Shown here: in pieces, positions 37,222 to 46,293 of the stretch
Position numbering within the stretch: the stretch's first letter is position 1
Layout: each line of letters starts with the position of its first letter
Source of the DNA: Limisphaerales bacterium
Lineage (GTDB): Bacteria; Patescibacteriota; Microgenomatia; UBA1400; PJMF01
Assembly: GCA_044350895.1 (NCBI GenBank)
Contig: JBILGT010000005.1
Span: 1 to 48,672, forward strand
DNA: 48,672 bases
Direction: 5' to 3'
Notes under the pieces: model-generated
Database searches by the model: none
Told to the model about the DNA's origin: nothing
What the model saw: only the letters and a program-made list of their open reading frames with translations
Program-made: the position numbers and the translations under genes

Positions 37222-37821
37222 TTACTTACTTGCTTCAGTAAGCCACTCGCGTAGTTGCGTGTGGACTGTTTGAGAAACCTGATAAATTGCTTCTAGAGTA
37301 GTAATATCAATGCGTTCTTTTCCATGAATAATTGTATTTCTAATCTCACGAATACTTTCAATTGCTTCACATGCTTCAGGAGTCAACAGCTCTTGGTCTT
37401 CAAGAAAATCGAGCACTGCTTCAGGTGTGAACTGTGCTGTTTCTTCAGTGCTCCGAGCTATAGATCGAGCAATTATGCGAAGCAGCCGCTCAATATCATA
37501 ACTGAGTGAGAGAAAATTGTTGTTGAGTGAGTCCATTTGCTCGGGCGTATCATCTCTGGTAGCTTTACGTAATTTATAGGGAGAAGGCTTAATTTCACTA
37601 TCTTCATTAATGACGGGATTTTTTTCCAAAGGTTTAACCTCGACTTCTTTCTTCTTACCAGAAATTCCCCAAAAATTGAACTCTTTCAAATCTGAAAACA
37701 GTGCGAGCAGCAGTATCATCAATGCAATAGCAACAGTATTATTGGTGACTTGGGCACCAAGATTACCAAATAACGAAATAGCTAACGTCAAGATCAAGGC
37801 GAATAGGGCAATCGTTTTCAT
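37222..37821 (-). CDS. Hypothetical 2-TM membrane protein with a C-terminal helical domain carrying an Rx4H (HEPN/DUF4145-like) motif
   Basis: 199-aa ORF with two N-terminal hydrophobic helices and the C-terminal 'ESIREIRNTIIHGK'. Confidence 0.45.
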   Translation of the reverse strand: MKTIALFALILTLAISLFGNLGAQVTNNTVAIALMILLLALFSDLKEFNFWGISGKKKEVEVKPLEKNPVINEDSEIKPSPYKLRKATRDDTPEQMDSLNNNFLSLSYDIERLLRIIARSIARSTEETAQFTPEAVLDFLEDQELLTPEACEAIESIREIRNTIIHGKERIDITTLEAIYQVSQTVHTQLREWLTEASK

Positions 37822-37867
37822 ACAGCAGGTTTCTTATTATCTTTGGGTATAGTAAAACAGTAAAAAT

Positions 37868-37888
37868 AACTCCGCAAGTGGGAGAGTT
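37868..37888 (-). terminator. Weak candidate intrinsic terminator downstream of the CapA-like gene
   Basis: The minus strand has an imperfect hairpin (AACTCTCC...GGAGTT) followed by ATTTTTACTGTTTT. Confidence 0.25.
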
Positions 37889-37903
37889 TGCAGACAAAAA
37901 AAG

Positions 37904-39031
37904 TTATTGCTGGAGCAGTTTTTTACTCTCAATCTCGAGTGTTTGAAGAATCGGTTGTGCCTCAGCGGCTTCTAGAATTCTGGGCTGGCCATAATTTTCA
38001 ATTAAAATTGGAATGAACTCTACTCCAACCAGTGCATTTTTGGAAAAAGTATATCTACCCACAATGCCTTGTCGAGTTTCTCTGGACCACATCTGATCAA
38101 AAACAAAGTTGCCATGTGAATAGGTAATAAGTTTACCGTTATAAAACTCAATAGGTTGAAACCAATGCGGATGATTACCAATGATGAGATCAGCTCCGTT
38201 GTCGATGGCAATCCGAGCTAGTCGCCTCTGATTTTCAGAGGGGGTATATGTATACTCATTACCCCAATGGAACTGCGCAACGACAACATCTGCTTGTTCT
38301 TTTGCTTGTGAAACCTCACGTGCCACAGTTTCTGGATAGGCTGTGGTGACCCCTGGTTGATTGTTTACTTCATTAAAGCCTAGAAATGCAAATTTTGTTC
38401 CATTCACTGAAGTAAATGTTGCGTTGGCATTTGCTGCACCAGCCACTAGAAAGCCCTTGTTTTGTAAGTGCGCTACAGTTTCTGCTACTCCTTCAGGTCC
38501 ATAGTTGCTGGCATGATTATTGGCGATATTAACCACATCAATTCCCGCAAATGAAAGACCTTCAGTACTTTGTAACTCGCCACAAAAGACCATTCCATCA
38601 CTGCGTGTGGGGCAGTCTGCAATGAGTGGAGTCTCTAAGTTTATAAAACTAATATCTGCACTTTGCAGTAAGCCAGCTGTGTTACGAAATGGCCACGAGA
38701 AGTCTTTGTTTTGCTTCATTAAGACAGTGACATGACGAGCGGTGAGTACATCTCCTGTAGCAAGAAGTGTAACAGTCTCTTCTGACTTCTGAGGCAGCTG
38801 AGTGGTTGTATTAAATACTTGCTCCAATGATGTAATAGGTCTCAAAGGCTCAATCTGTGGAGTTACGGTGGGAGTTACTAACGCTGGAGCCATGGGAATG
38901 GTCTCAGTGGTAGTGATGACACTGGTGTAGCGTGCTGTGGTTTGCTGTAAGAGTTTACTTACTGCCACAAGTGCTGGAATGCTCACAATGCAGACAACCA
39001 AGATAGCAAACCAGTTATAGTGACGATTCAT
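37904..39031 (-). CDS. CapA/PGA_cap-family metallophosphatase-like protein, membrane-anchored
   Basis: ORF 37904..39109 with a likely start 'MNRHYNW' at 39031. It has a TM anchor plus 'LLATGDV', 'ANNHASNYG' and 'GNHPHW'. Confidence 0.75.
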   Translation of the reverse strand: MNRHYNWFAILVVCIVSIPALVAVSKLLQQTTARYTSVITTTETIPMAPALVTPTVTPQIEPLRPITSLEQVFNTTTQLPQKSEETVTLLATGDVLTARHVTVLMKQNKDFSWPFRNTAGLLQSADISFINLETPLIADCPTRSDGMVFCGELQSTEGLSFAGIDVVNIANNHASNYGPEGVAETVAHLQNKGFLVAGAANANATFTSVNGTKFAFLGFNEVNNQPGVTTAYPETVAREVSQAKEQADVVVAQFHWGNEYTYTPSENQRRLARIAIDNGADLIIGNHPHWFQPIEFYNGKLITYSHGNFVFDQMWSRETRQGIVGRYTFSKNALVGVEFIPILIENYGQPRILEAAEAQPILQTLEIESKKLLQQ

Positions 39032-39109
39032 AGAGCTATTGTACAAGATTGCTATATAGATAGTGTATCTTGGGATATAATGTAGTCTAGAACGACTGCC
39101 CACATACAC

Positions 39110-40195
39110 ATGCTACCAGAAAAAAAATTCTTGAGACAAGGTATTTTGATCGCCATTTTTGTGGTTATTGATGTCTGTTTGGGCAGCATGTGGCTTAGAG
39201 AACAAAAACAAGAAACGTTGGTGCCTGTTAAAAATTTTTTGCAGGAGATACACCCTTCATTGCCTGGTACAGTTCTTGGTGAAGTGATCAATGAATCTAC
39301 TCCCAATGAATTGAGAAGTGCTTTGCAACTTAATCCGCAGGAAATTTTCACTGCTCTCAATGCAGAACGTTCTGTTCGCAAGCTGCCTGAACTGCAATAC
39401 TCTGAGGTGATATCGCAAGCAGGTGAATCAGTAGTAACAGCTTTAATTGAAAAAAATCTTGATCTCAATGGAGTTGATTCCAGTAAAATTTTGGCAACAT
39501 TTTTACAGCAAAGAAAAGTTGAGAATATGACGCTCTATCATGATACGTTGGTGGGTCCAGTTAATACCAAGCAGCTTGAAAACTACTGGAATGAAGACCC
39601 GCAACATATGAAGACAATGGCTTCACCTTCAGTGAGTCTTGTAGGAATTGCAACGGGTTCTGCTGAAATTCAAGGAACTTTGCAAGGAATCATAGTTACA
39701 GTATATGGACAGCAGCAACCGGTTCCACAAAAAACTGCTTCAACCACAACTACACCACAAAAGATTGTTTTCCCAGCTATATCAAGTTCTTCCATTTTGG
39801 AAGCACTCAATGTCTACCGTGCAACACATCACGTTCATCAGCTTGTTGAACATCAAAAATTGTGTGAGTATGCAGAAAAAAGAGTGCAAGATTTGATTGC
39901 TTTTGGAGGACTCGATGGACATGAAGGATTCAAAAAAGATTTTGCAGACTCAAAAAATCTACCAGCATCAATTAAAGAATATCCAGGTGGAGCAATTGGT
40001 GAAAATCTTGCCTACCAACACTGTAAAAATATGACCACAGGTGATTCGTTTGTCGCACAGAATGCGACTGCGCTCATTGAGTGGTGCTTTGACTCTTCCA
40101 CAAAAGGTCACCGTGAAGCGCAGTTGAATACTCGCTTTAATAATGTATGTTCACGTAATAAAGATGGGTATTTCGTTATTATTTTTGGAGAGTAA
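39110..40195 (+). CDS. Membrane-anchored CAP/SCP (YkwD-like) domain protein
   Basis: 361-aa ORF with an N-terminal TM helix. The C-terminal domain carries 'LNVYRATH', 'GENLAY' and 'W..S..H'; an earlier region, 'ALNAERS', looks similar. Confidence 0.55.
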   Translation: MLPEKKFLRQGILIAIFVVIDVCLGSMWLREQKQETLVPVKNFLQEIHPSLPGTVLGEVINESTPNELRSALQLNPQEIFTALNAERSVRKLPELQYSEVISQAGESVVTALIEKNLDLNGVDSSKILATFLQQRKVENMTLYHDTLVGPVNTKQLENYWNEDPQHMKTMASPSVSLVGIATGSAEIQGTLQGIIVTVYGQQQPVPQKTASTTTTPQKIVFPAISSSSILEALNVYRATHHVHQLVEHQKLCEYAEKRVQDLIAFGGLDGHEGFKKDFADSKNLPASIKEYPGGAIGENLAYQHCKNMTTGDSFVAQNATALIEWCFDSSTKGHREAQLNTRFNNVCSRNKDGYFVIIFGE

Positions 40196-40198
40196 CCT

Positions 40199-40612
40199 AT
40201 GCACAGAATAAAAGCGTCGATGAAGGCAATTATTGTTGTAGATAAAAAATTTCTGCTAGTCCAAGAAGAGCGAGATGAAAGAAAATTTTGGGATTTACCA
40301 GGTGGTACACTAGAGTTTGGAGAACAACCACAGGCTGTATTGCATCGAGAAGTTTTTGAGGAGCTCGGTATTGAGGTTGTGATTGAAGATACAGTGGGTA
40401 TCTACACATTTATTAATGAAGAAAAGGACTTGCAAGTCGTTTGCACTGTCTTTGTGTGTACGCCAGTTGGCAATCCAGTAATAGATATCACAAATAATCC
40501 TGCTCAAGAGGATATAATCAACTACGGTTGGTTTACTAAAAATGATTTGAAAAATGTAATAGCAGATGGGTTATTACCCAGTATTGCTGAAATAATAGAA
40601 AAGGTAGTATAG
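40199..40612 (+). CDS. NUDIX hydrolase
   Basis: 137-aa ORF with the Nudix box 'GGTLEFGEQPQAVLHREVFEELGI'. Confidence 0.85.
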   Translation: MHRIKASMKAIIVVDKKFLLVQEERDERKFWDLPGGTLEFGEQPQAVLHREVFEELGIEVVIEDTVGIYTFINEEKDLQVVCTVFVCTPVGNPVIDITNNPAQEDIINYGWFTKNDLKNVIADGLLPSIAEIIEKVV

Positions 40613-40615
40613 CGT

Positions 40616-41113
40616 ATGAGAGAAACAAAAAAATCGGTTACCTGTTTTTTGCGATGTGGAGATGAGTATCTCTTTGTTCATAGAACAAAGAAAAAGCATG
40701 CAGTTGATGCAAATCGTTTGAATGGAATTGGCGGAAAACTAGAAAATGGTGAAAATTATTTGCTTGCAGCAATCCGTGAAACAAAGGAAGAAACAGGATA
40801 TAGAATTTCAGAGCGCGATTGTAAATTGCGAGGGATCGTTTCATTGGAAGGTGGATATGAACAGGATTGGGTAATGTGCTTTTTTGTCATCACAGTTCCC
40901 ACCAAAAAAGTTCCTGTAGGTACAAGTAATGTCGAAGGTGAGCTTGTCTGGTTACAAAAAGATGCTGTGCTTAAAAGTGGTTACGAACTTGTTGATGATC
41001 TCAACTATCTATGGAAAAAAATTGCAGATGAAAGCTCTATCTTTTTTGCAGGAACAACTGTTGATAATGAAGAAAAAATTGACAAAATTACAATCAGTGA
41101 ACTGCCACAATAG
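40616..41113 (+). CDS. NUDIX hydrolase (second, tandem)
   Basis: 165-aa ORF with the Nudix box 'GGKLENGENYLLAAIRETKEETG'. Confidence 0.85.
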   Translation: MRETKKSVTCFLRCGDEYLFVHRTKKKHAVDANRLNGIGGKLENGENYLLAAIRETKEETGYRISERDCKLRGIVSLEGGYEQDWVMCFFVITVPTKKVPVGTSNVEGELVWLQKDAVLKSGYELVDDLNYLWKKIADESSIFFAGTTVDNEEKIDKITISELPQ

Positions 41114-41129
41114 AGTTTGAAAGAAAATT

Positions 41130-42089
41130 ATGAAAGAAACACCTCAGACATTTCCTAAAGAGTTTATAGAGCGTATGAATGCTTTATATGGAACGCTTGC
41201 AGCGGCAGAAGTTCTTAAAGTTCTTGAACAGGGAAGGCCAACAACATTCCGCCCTAATACACTGAAGACAGATTTCCAAACTGTCAAAAATGAGCTGGAA
41301 GCAGCTGGTTTTGAACTGGAAGTTGTGGAATGGTTACAAGCTTTTGTGCTCAAAAATAGAGGACTCCGTGATCTTGAAGAACAACCACTGTATCAGTCGG
41401 GAAGTCTGTATGTACAAGGCTTATCAAGCATGATTCCTCCAGTCATTCTTGATCCACACCCCAGTGACTCTGTGCTTGATGTGGCAGCTGCACCGGGAAG
41501 TAAAACAACACAGATGGCTGCGATGATGCAAAATCAAGGCATGATCTTGGCAAACGATACAAGCACTGTTCGTATGTATAAACTTAGAGCCAACTTGGAA
41601 AAACTCGGTGTCACTTGTGTGCAAACACAGCGCGGATTAGGCGAGATGATTTGGAAACGGTTCCCCGAGGTATTTGAAAAAACACTGGTGGATGTACCGT
41701 GTGGTATGGAAGGCAGATTTAATCTTACCAAACCAAAAACATTTCAAAACTGGTCAGTTAAAAAAATTAAAGAACTTGCCCAACGTCAAAAAAGTTTGCT
41801 GCGTTCAGCAATTAGTGCAACGCAACTGGGTGGCACAATAGTGTATTCCACCTGTACTCTTGCTCCAGAAGAAAACGAAGGCGTCATCGACTGGGTGTTG
41901 GGACAGAGCAAAGGTGCTGTAATTCTTGAAGAGGTTATTCTGCCAGATGGAATAAGTTCTGAACCAATTTTGAAGTGGAATGACAAAGAGTATTCTCCAG
42001 AAGTTGCTAAAACAAAACGCATACTGCCCAGTTCAAGATACGAGGGCTTTTTTGTAGCTAAGCTCAAGAAAGTTCGTTCCACAGTTTAA
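41130..42089 (+). CDS. RNA cytosine-C5 methyltransferase (RsmB/RsmF/NOL1-NOP2-Sun family)
   Basis: 319-aa ORF with the SAM motif 'DVAAAPGSKT', plus 'DVPCG' and 'YSTCTL' (the two catalytic Cys motifs). Confidence 0.8.
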   Translation: MKETPQTFPKEFIERMNALYGTLAAAEVLKVLEQGRPTTFRPNTLKTDFQTVKNELEAAGFELEVVEWLQAFVLKNRGLRDLEEQPLYQSGSLYVQGLSSMIPPVILDPHPSDSVLDVAAAPGSKTTQMAAMMQNQGMILANDTSTVRMYKLRANLEKLGVTCVQTQRGLGEMIWKRFPEVFEKTLVDVPCGMEGRFNLTKPKTFQNWSVKKIKELAQRQKSLLRSAISATQLGGTIVYSTCTLAPEENEGVIDWVLGQSKGAVILEEVILPDGISSEPILKWNDKEYSPEVAKTKRILPSSRYEGFFVAKLKKVRSTV

Positions 42090-42137
42090 TGGTTACTACT
42101 TTGCAAAGTGTGAGAGAACATGCTTTACTAATAAGGT

Positions 42138-42353
42138 ATGCCCAAAAAATCATCACAAGCAAAGAAAAAAATTTCTAAAGAATCATTAGAAATTAAACAG
42201 ACTCAGCTTTCAGTACACCGACTAGTGTTACTGTTAGGAGCGGTAATATTCTTTGTATTATTTTTAATTGCTTATTTTTATTGGCAGATGGAACAGATGA
42301 GTGTGCGATTGCAGTCACTTGAAGAACCACAAGGTCAATATCAAGGTCGCTAA
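42138..42353 (+). CDS. Small hypothetical single-pass membrane protein
   Basis: 71-aa ORF with a basic N-terminus and one hydrophobic helix. I recognised no family. Confidence 0.35.
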   Translation: MPKKSSQAKKKISKESLEIKQTQLSVHRLVLLLGAVIFFVLFLIAYFYWQMEQMSVRLQSLEEPQGQYQGR

Positions 42354-42371
42354 ATATTTTTAAATTTTGTA

Positions 42372-43154
42372 CTAGCTGAAGCGGGCAAGTCCCAGCTCTA
42401 AGCTTCTTCTAAAACTTTTCACAAACCACCATAACGTGAGGATGAGATACACAACATTCAGTCCCAAACTAATCAAGATAAAGTTGCCATTTACAGTGCC
42501 GCCCGCAAGTAGTGTCCGCATTGATTCAAAAATATACGTTGTTGGAATGAGATAACTGATTGGTTTGATATAGTTTGGTAAGTTAGCTAATGGGAAATAT
42601 ACGACACTGAGTGGTAGTAAAATTCCTGGCAATGTCCAGATGACTGTTTGTACTTTTTGTCCCCACCTGATCACAATTCCTGCTGAGATAAATCCAACCC
42701 ACCAACCTGTCATTACTGCACAAATAAAGAACGGCACAATCCACCAACCAATTGCAAAAATATTAATTGAATAGAGCAGTGCCACAACGCCAATTACAAC
42801 ACTGACAGTGAAAAGCATTTTTACAATTGAAAGAATAATGACACCAGTTACCCATTCTTTAAGTGTAATTGGAGTGGAGAAAAGATTGACCAAATTACTA
42901 TTCCAAATTTCATCAAGCAAGTTGCGAGCTATTTCACTTTGTGATCGCCAGATTACGTTCCAGAGTACCAAGCCTGTCAGAATTGATGCCACCACAGATG
43001 TCGAGCCAGATGCGCCGCCAATCCAGATACTGGTAATTCCCCACAAGAAAACGTCAATTATTGGCCAGTACAGCATGTCACTGAGGAGATCAAAATCCCG
43101 TCGGACTGGATAGAGATGGCGCAAGCAGAGGGCGTAGATATGTGACCATTTCAT
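42372..43154 (-). CDS. ABC-2 type transporter permease
   Basis: 260-aa ORF with 6 hydrophobic segments. Its start overlaps the ATPase stop by 4 nt. Confidence 0.75.
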   Translation of the reverse strand: MKWSHIYALCLRHLYPVRRDFDLLSDMLYWPIIDVFLWGITSIWIGGASGSTSVVASILTGLVLWNVIWRSQSEIARNLLDEIWNSNLVNLFSTPITLKEWVTGVIILSIVKMLFTVSVVIGVVALLYSINIFAIGWWIVPFFICAVMTGWWVGFISAGIVIRWGQKVQTVIWTLPGILLPLSVVYFPLANLPNYIKPISYLIPTTYIFESMRTLLAGGTVNGNFILISLGLNVVYLILTLWWFVKSFRRSLELGLARFS

Positions 43155-44097
43155 GAGGTTTTTTTCTTCCCTGACTTTGATAAAAAGTAGTCTTCAAGTG
43201 TGGGTTTTGAGATTGTGATTTGCGTGTAATCAATACCTTCGGCAGCAAGTTGTTGCAAGAATGCAGCCACTTTATGTTCATCAAGTGCAATATCAATTTC
43301 ACGCCCGTCAATTTTTGCTTCAAGACCTTTTTCTCGTGCAAAACGTTCTGTTCGTTTTAAACCATCAGAAACTTGTAAGCGCATGTGTGCAATAGAAACG
43401 GAGGCAGCTAAGTTATCGGGAGTATCAGTCGCAACGATTCTTCCGTGTTGCAGAAATACCACTCTGTCACACACGTCAGAAACCTCATCCATATTATGTG
43501 ACGTATAAATAATACTGGTGTTGTACTCACGTTGTTGCTTGAGCACGAACTGTCGCACTTCATGAGCGATGTCAGGATCGAGTGAAGCAGTCGGTTCATC
43601 AAGCAGCACAATTTTGGGATACGGAATAAATGCTTTTGCCAGCATTACGCGGGTGACTTGTCCTGCGGAAAGTTGGTTCATTGTTTTGTCACGCTGACTC
43701 CAAACACCAAAAAATTCTAAAAACTTTTGAGCACGATTTTTGAATTCTGCATTTGATAATCCGTACATTGCACCATAAATCGAAAGGTTCTCCATCACAG
43801 AAAGTCGCCATGGCATTTTATATAGGTACTAGCAAAGGTAACGGTTTCAAGAATTTGTGAACGATGAGTTTTTAAATCTAAATCGCCGTATTTGATTATG
43901 CCAGAAGTAGGTGTGAGAACACCAAGTAACATTGAAATGGTTGTAGATTTGCCCGCTCCATTGGGTCCGAGTAGTCCTAAGATTTCACCATCTCTGAGAC
44001 CAAATGAAATATCATCAACTGCCACAAACGTATTCCCATTTTTCTTTTCAGGAGCGTATTCTTTTCGTAGTTGATTAACTGTGATAACTTCTTGCAC
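43151..44097 (-). pseudogene. ABC transporter ATP-binding protein split by a 1-nt frameshift
   Basis: ORF 43795..44097 carries Walker A 'GPNGAGKST'. ORF 43151..43816 carries the signature 'LSAGQ' and Walker B 'LLDEPT'. The two frames meet at '...FASTYIK|[11 protein letters not shown]', at a 4-nt A run on the coding strand (43816-43819). Confidence 0.7.
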
Positions 44098-44152
44098 CAG
44101 GCTAGTATATTGATGATTAGGTTAAAAGTGAACCCCGAGTAGACGAATAAAT

Positions 44153-44347
44153 TTACTTTTTCAGAATATTTCCAATTGTTAATTGCATTTGTAGTGCTTT
44201 TTTATCTACAAAAATAAATTCTTCCGTTGCTTCCTGAGTGACTTTCAATGCATTCTCAATTTCAGATGGCTCGATGAGTAGGATCTGTGCAGGTTCAAGT
44301 TGTAGAGAACCCCAATTGAAGAATTTTTTGACTTTGTATTTTTCCAT
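44153..44347 (-). CDS. Hypothetical small protein
   Basis: 64-aa ORF. I recognised no family, and whether it is coding is uncertain. Confidence 0.3.
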   Translation of the reverse strand: MEKYKVKKFFNWGSLQLEPAQILLIEPSEIENALKVTQEATEEFIFVDKKALQMQLTIGNILKK

Positions 44348-44381
44348 ACGATGCTGATAATGGTATTTTAGAATTAAAATG

Positions 44382-44468
44382 CGGAGAGGGCGAGATTCGA
44401 ACTCGCGGTAGGTTTGAGCCTACGGAGGTTTAGTAAACCTCTGCACTCGGCCACTATGCGACCTCTCC
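44382..44468 (-). tRNA. tRNA-Ser with anticodon ACU (A34)
   Basis: In reverse complement: acceptor GGAGAGG/CCTCTCC, anticodon stem GAGGT/ACCTC with loop TTACTAA, a long variable arm (CGTAGGCTCAAACCTACC) and T-arm GCGAG-TTCGAAT-CTCGC. Confidence 0.75.
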
Positions 44469-44513
44469 AGACACTGCAAACTATACCAAAACAAGGCAAA
44501 AAAAGCCAGTGAG

Positions 44514-45536
44514 CTAATTCTTTTCAATTTTGAGTGAAATCGCGACGAGTACCACTACAAATGTAGCAGTTAATAACAGGTCTGTAGTAGTTATCCCAGG
44601 AATTTGTCTGCCAAATATCAAACGCAGTACTAAAGTATGACACAGAAAAATAATAAAAGAAAGTTGGCCGACTTTCATAAAAAAGGAGCGCAGAAATGCA
44701 GGAATTGTGAATCCTGAAATAGGAAATAATAGCGTAACTATAATACTGCTCAGTGCAAATGGTATGACAGTCAAACGGGTAAATTTGAGTGCATACAGTG
44801 GGTCAAGTCCACCACTAATACTTGTCAATGCTTCCGTCACCATGCTGTAGTAACTCAGTACCCAAATAACGCAGCAGGCAATAATACCGTAGAATGGAAT
44901 CTTTAATGTATCTTTTGCCAAGAACATCCCCATGACAAAGTAACTCAGCCACGAAATAAAAAGTAAGTACTGTTCCTGATCTGTTGCAAAAAGTTGTGTC
45001 CCTGGCTGTTTTGCTTGCCACTGAAAAAACATAATACTGCCAGCTTGCAAAATCACACTGCCAACAAGTGTCAGAATAGGCATCCGTTTGACTAAGCTGA
45101 GAAGTATGGGAAACAAAAAGTAAAATTGAAAGATTAATGGTACAAAATAGAGATGATAATCACTCCCAAAAACGATGGCTTGCCAAAGTGGAACTGGTTC
45201 TGCGGTGGCATACCACTCGGGAATTAGTCTAAATAGATACCAGAATCCAATACTCCATACGAGATATAACGGAATGAGGCGCAAAATTCTTCGTTGAAAG
45301 AACGTCACTAGATTCCAGTTATTTTCATACTTTCGCATTAACCCATACCCAGAAACAGCCAAAAATAATGGGACGCTCACTCTACAGAATTGATCAATGA
45401 AAATATACAAAGCATTGTGTTCGAATGCCGCAAAAACCCGTCCTGGCAAACTTGAAAGTACGTGAATAGTAACTACTGCCAAAATAGCAAAGCCGCGAAT
45501 GTACGTAATACGATTAAGTGTCACCGAACTTGGCAT
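44514..45536 (-). CDS. Acyltransferase family 3 (intact paralog)
   Basis: ORF 44514..45542 with an ATG at 45536. It has 'ITYIRGFAILAVVTIHV' and about 10 hydrophobic segments. Confidence 0.8.
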   Translation of the reverse strand: MPSSVTLNRITYIRGFAILAVVTIHVLSSLPGRVFAAFEHNALYIFIDQFCRVSVPLFLAVSGYGLMRKYENNWNLVTFFQRRILRLIPLYLVWSIGFWYLFRLIPEWYATAEPVPLWQAIVFGSDYHLYFVPLIFQFYFLFPILLSLVKRMPILTLVGSVILQAGSIMFFQWQAKQPGTQLFATDQEQYLLFISWLSYFVMGMFLAKDTLKIPFYGIIACCVIWVLSYYSMVTEALTSISGGLDPLYALKFTRLTVIPFALSSIIVTLLFPISGFTIPAFLRSFFMKVGQLSFIIFLCHTLVLRLIFGRQIPGITTTDLLLTATFVVVLVAISLKIEKN

Positions 45537-45586
45537 GCCCACTTATTTTACAAGAATATTTTTGCAGCAACAGCTGGAGATGGTTG

Positions 45587-46198
45587 TTATTGGGCTAACT
45601 CAAGTGATTTCCAGAGCACTCTTGAAGCTAGTGAGCGGTGTGGTTGCCACTGCTGGCTTAACACAAGAAGTTCAGCCGGTTTTGTAGTCATTGGGAGGTT
45701 GTATGCCGCACTAATTGCCTTTCGAAGGCCAAAGTCACCAGCAGAAAATACATCAGTTCTTCCCAAACAAAAGATCAAAAACATTTCTGCCGTCCAACGA
45801 CCAACACCTTTGATAGTTACTAACTGAGTGATAATTTCTTCATCTGAAAGATTGTTGAATTCTGTAGGCACAATTGTTTTGTCAGTCCATGCTTGTGCAA
45901 TATTTTTAATGTAGAGAACTTTTGAATTTGAAAGTCCGGCACTTCGTAATGTCTCATGTTCAATTGCTAGTACAGTAGATGGGTCCCAGGTACCTCCAGA
46001 TAGTGCGAGTGCTCGTGCTGCAATAATATCTGCTACTTTTGTAGAAAGTTGTTGACTAATAATTGACTCAACCAAATGGCCAAAGTGTTTTTCAGGTTGT
46101 GCGGCAGTAATTAGTGGCAAGTCACCATGCACAGCGTATACCTGCTCATAGAGTGACTGCATGATTGTGTCAGTGAAAATTTTTTGATTGTGACTCAT
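45587..46198 (-). CDS. HhH-GPD DNA glycosylase (3-methyladenine glycosylase II-like)
   Basis: 203-aa ORF with the HhH-GPD region 'IKGVGRWTAEMFLIF' followed by 'SAGDFGLRKA'. Confidence 0.8.
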   Translation of the reverse strand: MSHNQKIFTDTIMQSLYEQVYAVHGDLPLITAAQPEKHFGHLVESIISQQLSTKVADIIAARALALSGGTWDPSTVLAIEHETLRSAGLSNSKVLYIKNIAQAWTDKTIVPTEFNNLSDEEIITQLVTIKGVGRWTAEMFLIFCLGRTDVFSAGDFGLRKAISAAYNLPMTTKPAELLVLSQQWQPHRSLASRVLWKSLELAQ

Positions 46199-46293
46199 AT
46201 TTTTTAGACTTCGTTTTCAACTGAGAAATCATTCAGCTGTTTAATAACGGCTGGATTTATTTCCTGCAAAAATGGTATTTCAACATTCATTTA

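Noticed and set aside
46204-46290. A 28-aa minus-strand ORF (MNVEIPFLQEINPAVIKQLNDFSVENEV) packed between the P-type ATPase stop and the glycosylase start.
   Set aside because: It is too short to support without conservation or expression data. It has no hydrophobic or recognisable motif.
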